64,000 nt of DNA, from positions 2,085,336 to 2,149,335 of the forward strand of contig CAVVHH010000002.1 of NCBI GenBank assembly GCA_963748005.1, written 5' to 3'. Of the stretch, positions 57,958 through 64,000 are shown one piece after another; the first letter of the stretch is position 1; the number at the start of each line of letters is the position of its first letter. Source of the DNA: an uncultured Pseudomonadota bacterium. GTDB taxonomy: Bacteria; Pseudomonadota; Gammaproteobacteria; Steroidobacterales; Steroidobacteraceae. The translations under genes and the position numbers were made by a program. The notes under the pieces were generated by a model that was given only the letters and a program-made list of their open reading frames with translations, was not told the DNA's origin and made no database searches.

Positions 57958-58598
57958 ATGAAACTCAATGATGCGCTGGCCGAATGTCCCATTGTCGCCA
58001 TCGTCCGCGGCATCCGCCCCAGCGAGGTACTGGACCATGCCGAAACGCCTGTTCGCTGCGGGCGTGCGCGGCATCGAAGTGCCGCTCAATTCGCCGCAAC
58101 CGATGGACAGCATCCGCCTGCTGGCGGAACACTGGGGCGGACGCATGGCGGTAGGCGCGGGCACCGTGCTCGATGCCGGCAGCGTCGATGCGATAGCCAA
58201 GGCCGGTGGTGTGCATCATCATCTCGCCGAACACCAATCAGGCGGTGATCCGCCGCGCCATCGAACTCGGATTGGACCCTGCGCCGGGATTTGCCACCGC
58301 CACCGAGGCATTCCAGGCGCTGGAAGCGGGCGCGCGGCATCTGAAGTTGTTTCCGGCCATGACCTATGGTCCCGGGCATCTGAAACAGTTGAAGGCCGTG
58401 TTGCCGGCCAGTGCCACGGTGTGGGCTGTGGGCGGTGCGGGCCCGGACAACATGGCCGACTGGTGGGCAGCTGGCGCGCGCGCGTTCGGGCTCGGTGGCG
58501 AAATCTACAGGGCCGGTCAGAGCGTGGCTGACACTGCCGCGAAGGCGGCGCGCGCCGTGAGCGTCGCCCGCACACTCACGGCGCCTACCTCAGCCTGA
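57958..58598 (+). pseudogene. dgoA: 2-dehydro-3-deoxy-6-phosphogalactonate aldolase, two frameshifts
   Basis: PIVAIVRGIRPSEVLDHAE | LFAAGVRGIEVPLNSPQP...GAGTVLDAGSVDAIAKAGG | IISPNTNQAVIRRA...ATATEAFQALEAGARHLKLFP...YRAGQSV sit in three different frames, colinear with E. coli DgoA as I recall it. Confidence 0.7.
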
Positions 58599-58608
58599 TG
58601 TCGTTCGA

Positions 58609-59019
58609 TCAGACGTTGTCGAACACGTCGACCTGGAAGTTCTGGTCGAGCAGCGTGTTGCCGATGCCGGGCCATGCCTTGGCATGATCATCGGAATTCA
58701 CCCAGGCCATGCGCAGCTCTTCGGTTTCATAGGTCAGCTGGAAGCGATAGTTGATGGCCTTGGGCAGGGTCGGTCCCTGAATGTGCTTGCTGAGCTTCAG
58801 CATCTTCACGTCGATATAACCCTTGTGCCTGGTGGCGACAGGCGCAAACACCTTGTGGAAATGATCGAGCATTTCCTTTTCGCGCTTCGGATCGACTGCC
58901 AGATCGCAATAAAGCACGATTGATTTTTTGGGTTCCGCAGCAACCGCTGCCTTACCTGCAGCCAGCGTTGCGCCGGTGGCCGCCGCCATCGTCATCCAGT
59001 TTCTTCGACTGAGCTTCAT
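58609..59019 (-). CDS. Tat-exported small protein, possibly ABM/Dabb-like fold
   Basis: 136 aa with MKLSRRNWMTMAAATGATLAAG twin-Arg signal. The fold assignment is tentative. Confidence 0.45.
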   Translation of the reverse strand: MKLSRRNWMTMAAATGATLAAGKAAVAAEPKKSIVLYCDLAVDPKREKEMLDHFHKVFAPVATRHKGYIDVKMLKLSKHIQGPTLPKAINYRFQLTYETEELRMAWVNSDDHAKAWPGIGNTLLDQNFQVDVFDNV

Positions 59020-59053
59020 GTTGAATTCCCCGGGATACGTTCAGGATTGAGTG

Positions 59054-60100
59054 CTAGAAGTGATAGACCGGCATCTGACCGGGAATCTTCAGCGTCAACT
59101 TGTAGATGCTGGTGGAGCCCGTGAAGTATGCCGTCTTGCCGTCGGTGCCGCCCCAGGCCACGTTGGCAGCAACTTCCGGCAGGATGATCTGGCCCAGCAA
59201 CTGTCCCTTCGGCGAATAAATGCGGAAGCCACCCTGGCCCGAAGCCCAGAGATTGCCCTGTGAGTCGACCTTCACGCCATCGGGAACGCCGCCACCCGAC
59301 TCCTTGCTCAGGTCGGCGATCAGCTGGCGGTTAACCAGCGTGCCATCAGCCTTGACGTCGTACTTGTAGATGGCCGACGGGTTCTCGGAGTTTGCAATGT
59401 AGAACGTCTTGCCGTCCGGCGAAAATGCCAGACCGTTGGGACGCGTCAGGTCGGTGATCACTGCGGTCAGGTTGCCGTCCTTGTAGCGGTAGACGCCATT
59501 GAACTTGATGCCGTGTCCCGGATTCTTGTCCAGATCGGCCGTGGGCGAAGCCGGGTCGAAGAAGCCGTACGGCGGATCGGTGAAGTACAACGCGCCGTCA
59601 GCAGCGAAGACCAGGTCATTCGGGCTGTTCAGCTGCTGGCCCTGGTACTTGTCCAGGAACACCTTGACGTTGATCTTGTCGTCCAGCTGCACGATGCGGC
59701 GCGCGCCATGCTGCATCATCAGCACGGTGCCATCCTTGTTGGCAACCATCGCGTTCGAACCCCGGTAGGCGCCGGCCGGAAAGCTCGGCAAACCGCCGGC
59801 CTTGTCGAGCAGCAGCGTCAGCTTGCCGGCTGGTGTCAGGCTGTACATCTTGTTGCCGCTCAGGTCGCTGAACCACAGTGCTCCCTTGTGCCACATGGGA
59901 CCTTCGGTGAACACAAAGCCGGTGGCGATTTTTTCGATCTTCGCATCGGTCGCGATCACGGCGTCCAGTGCCGGCGAAGTGCGAACGATCTTCGCAGTGG
60001 GCACGGGCTGGTTGACGGCCATCGGTTCGGCGGCATGGACGGCCGCACTGAGAAACAACCCGGTAACCAGACCGAGCGCAGTAACTGTTGCAGATTTCAT
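59054..60100 (-). CDS. SMP-30/gluconolactonase/LRE family protein (exported)
   Basis: Has a signal peptide, FTEGPMW, NSPNDLVFAADGALYFTDP, PNGLAFSPDGKTFY and PDGVKVDSQGNLW. Confidence 0.85.
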   Translation of the reverse strand: MKSATVTALGLVTGLFLSAAVHAAEPMAVNQPVPTAKIVRTSPALDAVIATDAKIEKIATGFVFTEGPMWHKGALWFSDLSGNKMYSLTPAGKLTLLLDKAGGLPSFPAGAYRGSNAMVANKDGTVLMMQHGARRIVQLDDKINVKVFLDKYQGQQLNSPNDLVFAADGALYFTDPPYGFFDPASPTADLDKNPGHGIKFNGVYRYKDGNLTAVITDLTRPNGLAFSPDGKTFYIANSENPSAIYKYDVKADGTLVNRQLIADLSKESGGGVPDGVKVDSQGNLWASGQGGFRIYSPKGQLLGQIILPEVAANVAWGGTDGKTAYFTGSTSIYKLTLKIPGQMPVYHF

Positions 60101-60118
60101 TGGAATGGATCTCCCACG

Positions 60119-62269
60119 TTAACTATCCAGAATTACTCGATCAATTATGGCAGCGCGAAAACGACATAGGTGCCTGCCGTGATGCTGGCGTGCGTTGGTG
60201 CTGCTCTGCACCGCGCCGCGCCGCGCCGGACTGGTTGCAATCACAACATACTGCTTGCCCTTGACCGCATAGGTTGCCGGCGTCGCGGCGCCGTGACCCG
60301 GGAGCTGCCCGGTCCACAGAATTTTGCCCGTGGCGCTGTCATAGGCGCGGAACTTCAGATCGAATTCCGAGCCGCCGGTAAAGAGCACGCCCGTCGCGGT
60401 AAGCACGGAGCCGCCGTGACTGTCGGAACCGGTATCCGTCAGTCCCTTCTCCGCCAGCTCCGTGTACTGGCCGAAAGGCACCGTCCACAGATACTTGCCG
60501 GTATTCATGTCGATGGCATTGAGCGTGCCCCATGGCGTGCCGTATGCGGGGTAGCCCTCCGGATCGTTGAAGTAGCGGTAGCCGGTGAACACGTACTTGC
60601 TGCCCGCCGTACTGCTGTTATTGCGTTGCTGAGCGGGACCCACGGGGTCGCTGCCGGTGGTCAGAAACGAGACCACGTTGGTCAGCGCTTCGTCGGGGAG
60701 CGCCGGAAAGGCGGGCATGGTGTTGCGGCCGTTCTTGATGACCTTGGTCATTTCCTCGGCCGACAGGCGCTTGCCCACATCAACCAGCGACGGTATGGCC
60801 GGCGGGGTGCCCTTCCTTTCGGCACCATGGCAGACCATGCATTGCTGCCGATAGGCCCGCTCACCCTGGCCGGCCCGTCGAAACGTCGATGCATCAGCCA
60901 GGCTGCCCAGCGAGGCGACGTTGTTGACGTTGGCGTAGAGGATGCCCTTCTCGGGATCCGACGTCATGCCGCCCCACTCAACACCGCCCTTCCAGCCGGG
61001 CGAGACCATGGTTACCTTGTCGATGCTCAGCGGCGTGAAGGGCTGCATGGTGCCCAGGAACGTGTCGTACTCCTTCTGCGCCCAGGCGCGCATTTCCGGA
61101 GTGCGGTTCGTGACCTGGTCGCGACTCAGCGTCTGCCGGGCCAGCGGTGCCGGCAGCGTCGGGATGGGCTGCGTGGGCGAGGCCTGTTCGCCCGGCACAG
61201 TGCTGGCAGGTACTTTGGTCTCGACAATCGGGAACAGCGACTTGCCGGTGACCCGGTCGAAAATGAAGACGAAGCCCTGCTTGTTGGTGGCCGCGACGGC
61301 ATCGACACGTTTGCCGTTGCTGTTGACCGTCAGCAGCACCGGCGGCGCGGCGAAATCCGAGTCCCACAGGTCGTGATGGGTGGCCTGGAAGTGCCAGAGC
61401 TTCTTGCCGGTGTTGGCGTCGATTGCCACCACGCAGTTCGCGTAAAGATTGTCGCCCGGACGGCTGACGCCGTAGAAATCGTTGGCGGGTGAACCGGTTG
61501 CGATGAAGACGATGCCGCGATCGATATCGACGATGGAGCCCGCCCAGGCATTGGCGCCGCCTTCGGTCTCGCGCGCTCCCTTGGGCCAGGTTTCGGAACC
61601 GGGCTCGCCATCCGCAGGAATGGTGCGAAATACCCAGCGCAGCTTGCCGGTCCGCACATCGTAGGCGCGTTCGTCACCCGGCGACGCAGGCGGCGTTTCC
61701 GAAACCCGGCCACCGAGTATCAGCAGATCCTTGTAGACCACGGCCGGTGATGTCGCGTGGTACTGGTTGTCCTCCACGGTGCCGCGCAGATTGGCGCGCA
61801 GATCAATGCGGCCCTTGTCGCCGAAGGTCGTGATCGCAGTGCCATCTGCGGGATTGATGGCATAGATGTAGGTGGCCACCGCACTGAACAACCGGTTCTC
61901 CTTGCCGTCGCTCCACCACGTCAGTCCGCGCACGGCAGCGTTGGTGCCCACACCTGAATCAAATATCCATTTCTGCTTGCCGGTGGCCGCGTCGAGCGCG
62001 ATCACTTTCTGGCGTGGCGTCACGATGTACATGGTGCCGTCAACCACCAGCGGCGTGGTTTCGAGGGAGCCCGGGTCAGGAGTCTCGAAGCGCCAGACTT
62101 CCTTCAGATTGCCCACGTTCGACTTTGTGATCTGCTTGAGTGACGAATAGTGCGTCCCGCCCGGGTCGCCCCCATAGGAAAACCAGTTGTCGCCCGCCGT
62201 GGGAGCGGATTGGGCGGCACATGTCACTGCCAGAGACAGCAACAGCGGAAACCTCGAATACTTGTTCAC
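60119..62269 (-). CDS. PQQ-dependent beta-propeller dehydrogenase with inserted cytochrome c domain; the 3' end is possibly frameshifted
   Basis: 716 aa with a signal peptide. NWFSYGGDPGGTHYSSL, W-motif propeller repeats, and the haem site CMVCHG. The last ~40 codons look atypical (see findings). Confidence 0.8.
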   Translation of the reverse strand: MNKYSRFPLLLSLAVTCAAQSAPTAGDNWFSYGGDPGGTHYSSLKQITKSNVGNLKEVWRFETPDPGSLETTPLVVDGTMYIVTPRQKVIALDAATGKQKWIFDSGVGTNAAVRGLTWWSDGKENRLFSAVATYIYAINPADGTAITTFGDKGRIDLRANLRGTVEDNQYHATSPAVVYKDLLILGGRVSETPPASPGDERAYDVRTGKLRWVFRTIPADGEPGSETWPKGARETEGGANAWAGSIVDIDRGIVFIATGSPANDFYGVSRPGDNLYANCVVAIDANTGKKLWHFQATHHDLWDSDFAAPPVLLTVNSNGKRVDAVAATNKQGFVFIFDRVTGKSLFPIVETKVPASTVPGEQASPTQPIPTLPAPLARQTLSRDQVTNRTPEMRAWAQKEYDTFLGTMQPFTPLSIDKVTMVSPGWKGGVEWGGMTSDPEKGILYANVNNVASLGSLADASTFRRAGQGERAYRQQCMVCHGAERKGTPPAIPSLVDVGKRLSAEEMTKVIKNGRNTMPAFPALPDEALTNVVSFLTTGSDPVGPAQQRNNSSTAGSKYVFTGYRYFNDPEGYPAYGTPWGTLNAIDMNTGKYLWTVPFGQYTELAEKGLTDTGSDSHGGSVLTATGVLFTGGSEFDLKFRAYDSATGKILWTGQLPGHGAATPATYAVKGKQYVVIATSPARRGAVQSSTNARQHHGRHLCRFRAAIIDRVILDS

Positions 62270-62327
62270 TCTGACTTTCCCCGTCGAACCTTAGGAATAA
62301 TTGAATGCAATACGTTACATGCCGATC

Positions 62328-63320
62328 TTACGGGGCCCTTGCGGGCGTCGGGGACTGACCCGGGACGACCGGGTTCGGGCCTGTTTGCCCCGGAGCGCGG
62401 CGCGAAATGTACAGCCAGATCGACAGACTGTCCGGGTTCAGGTTCATCGACGAGTGGTAAGTCTTGCCGTTGGGCGGGGACAGGAAGGCGGCGGTGCCGG
62501 TCACTTTGCGGATCTCGCTGCCCAGAATGATATAGCCCTCGTCGGCCCCGACCTTCACCCAGATCTCCTCGACGCCCTTGATGTGCGCATGAGGCCCGCC
62601 ATAGGACATGGGCGGGAAGTAAATCGCCGACATGGTGGTGTTGATGCCATTCTTGTTGTCGAACATGGGCTTGGCCATATGGACCCAGTGCGCGCGACCC
62701 GTGCCGAACGGTTCAGAGAGGGTGTCCACCGTGAGAATTTCCTTGGGCGCGGTCATGCCATCGTTGTTAAGCCAGGACATCATGATCATGCTGAGTGGTT
62801 TGTCGCCGGTACTGATGAAGCGCTGCTTGACGTGAGGCCCAGCGAGCACCCCGATGCCGTTGCGCAACTTGAAGCTCCTGGTGCCCGGACCGGAATCGAT
62901 GGTTCCTTCTCCGCCCTGCACGTAGAAGAAATAGATCATCGGCGAGTCGTAGACAGAGGTTTCGAAGCCGGGTTCCAGCGTCGCCAGAGAAAGGTCGTCG
63001 CGATATTCGAGAACTGCACCCATCGCTCCCGGATTGTAGGGATCACCGTTGCGCAGCATGGAGCGGGCATTCAGGCCGCCATTGGTCACCCGCATGAAGG
63101 CCTTGTAGGGATCGCCGATAAAGCGGTCGATATCGACGCCGGTTACCTGATTGGACGGGATCTCACGTGGCACACCATCGTTGGGGCTACCCTGTCCACC
63201 TTGCGGTCCACCTGTCGCGTTTGACGGAGAGGCCGGCTGCTGCGCGACACTGAGCGGTGCTGTCGCCATCTGTACGGCACACAGCACTGCCGCCATTGTC
63301 AGAAACGGCTTTTTAATCAT
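62328..63320 (-). CDS. Exported bicupin-like protein
   Basis: The ATG at 63320 has GGGGGG 6 nt upstream. Signal peptide MIKKPFLTMAAVLCAVQMATA. YGGPHAHIKGVEEIWVKV is a cupin metal-site-like motif. Confidence 0.5.
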   Translation of the reverse strand: MIKKPFLTMAAVLCAVQMATAPLSVAQQPASPSNATGGPQGGQGSPNDGVPREIPSNQVTGVDIDRFIGDPYKAFMRVTNGGLNARSMLRNGDPYNPGAMGAVLEYRDDLSLATLEPGFETSVYDSPMIYFFYVQGGEGTIDSGPGTRSFKLRNGIGVLAGPHVKQRFISTGDKPLSMIMMSWLNNDGMTAPKEILTVDTLSEPFGTGRAHWVHMAKPMFDNKNGINTTMSAIYFPPMSYGGPHAHIKGVEEIWVKVGADEGYIILGSEIRKVTGTAAFLSPPNGKTYHSSMNLNPDSLSIWLYISRRAPGQTGPNPVVPGQSPTPARAP

Positions 63321-63554
63321 CGTCATCCCCCCTAATCGCATATCAGAGTGATGCTACCAGCGGCAGTTGTAAAGGCAAAGGATCCTGTTAATCTCTGGAA
63401 AGCACTGAATCTCAAATTGCAGTGAGGGGGATTTCCATGAAGCAGAATTTTGTGAAAAGTTGCAGGTCATGGTAACGATGAATACCACGAAGAAGTAACC
63501 TGACAGAACGAACCACCGTTTCGCAGGTAGCCAATACAACACCGGGGTGCCTAC

Positions 63555-64000
63555 ATGGCAAACAAGATTTCTCGACGTGCAACTTTGACTGGAGCGCTCG
63601 CCGCAGGTTTGGCTGCGAGTTCCAATTCCAGCGTTTCCGCTCAAACAGCGGCCAGTACAACTCCCGCATCGTCCGCCACCAGGGCGGCCGGCTTATCCGA
63701 TGTGTGGGGACAGGATTTTCTGTATCAGTGGAGCCCACCGGAGAATCTCAAACGGGATTTGACTGCGGGACCACAACATATTCGCTTGAGCAGCCAGAGC
63801 ACACCGCGCCTGACCGGCGAAGCAGGCGTGGATTACGCCGCCCTGTTCAAGTCCATGCGCGACGGCGGCTGGTCCGCCTGCGAGACCGCCTCTGCGGGAT
63901 GGCTTGCACGAAAAATGCCCGAAGCCGAGAAACAGGAGATCAAGAAGCAGGCGAAGGCGAATGACATTGTGTTCTACGGCATCCACTGTGCCGGGAACAT
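63555..64000 (+). CDS. Tat-exported xylose-isomerase-like TIM-barrel (sugar phosphate isomerase/epimerase) family protein, 3' end outside the window
   Basis: The ATG at 63555 opens a frame that runs to the window end. MANKISRRATLTGALAAGLAAS is a twin-Arg signal. The family call is tentative. Confidence 0.5.
   Translation, partial: MANKISRRATLTGALAAGLAASSNSSVSAQTAASTTPASSATRAAGLSDVWGQDFLYQWSPPENLKRDLTAGPQHIRLSSQSTPRLTGEAGVDYAALFKSMRDGGWSACETASAGWLARKMPEAEKQEIKKQAKANDIVFYGIHCAGN

Noticed and set aside
1-64000. Scan for CRISPR arrays, tRNA/rRNA genes, integrases and transposases
   Set aside because: I saw no regularly spaced direct repeats, no tRNA T-loop/acceptor signatures (GGTTCGAA-like hits fall inside CDSs), no rRNA-like stretches, and no recombinase or transposase motifs in any long ORF.

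Overview
A 64-kb chromosomal window from a GC-rich Gram-negative bacterium. Gene content (Fec-type sigma/anti-sigma/TonB transducer, LEEVVITGSR-type TonB receptors, many Sec/Tat-exported hydrolases, PQQ dehydrogenase) suggests a soil gammaproteobacterium of the Xanthomonadales/Nevskiales type, but that is inference only. Most of the window is ordinary accessory metabolism:
- tandem MDR oxidoreductases;
- two TonB-dependent receptors;
- a HupE/UreJ operon;
- three dispersed neutral-ceramidase-like exported hydrolases;
- tannase/feruloyl esterase and type-B carboxylesterase;
- a ~13-kb aromatic ring-cleavage-type cluster (LigB-like dioxygenase, LigJ-like and other amidohydrolase-2 enzymes, HpcH aldolase, PhtD-like proteins, ABC and MFS transporters, TPP enzyme, LysR regulator);
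- a periplasmic PQQ-dehydrogenase/lactonase operon.

The stand-out is a ~5.2-kb, visibly lower-GC insertion (about 16607..21807) between a tannase gene and a lactonase gene. Its left edge has MITE-like palindromic repeats. It carries two translationally coupled genes: an unrecognisable 554-aa protein with a TTG start, and an 849-aa protein whose N-terminus has two degenerate HKD (phospholipase-D/Nuc nuclease superfamily) motifs. I propose this as a candidate undescribed anti-phage/anti-MGE defence cassette.

Other notable points are a stand-alone cytoplasmic two-HKD PLD gene (25900..27603), a very GC-rich dgoT-dgoK-dgoA segment with about 9 frameshifts, a PQQ-dehydrogenase 3' frame anomaly next to a pentanucleotide repeat, and an STN-TonB receptor with an internal signal-peptide-like segment. 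I found no rRNA, tRNA or CRISPR array.
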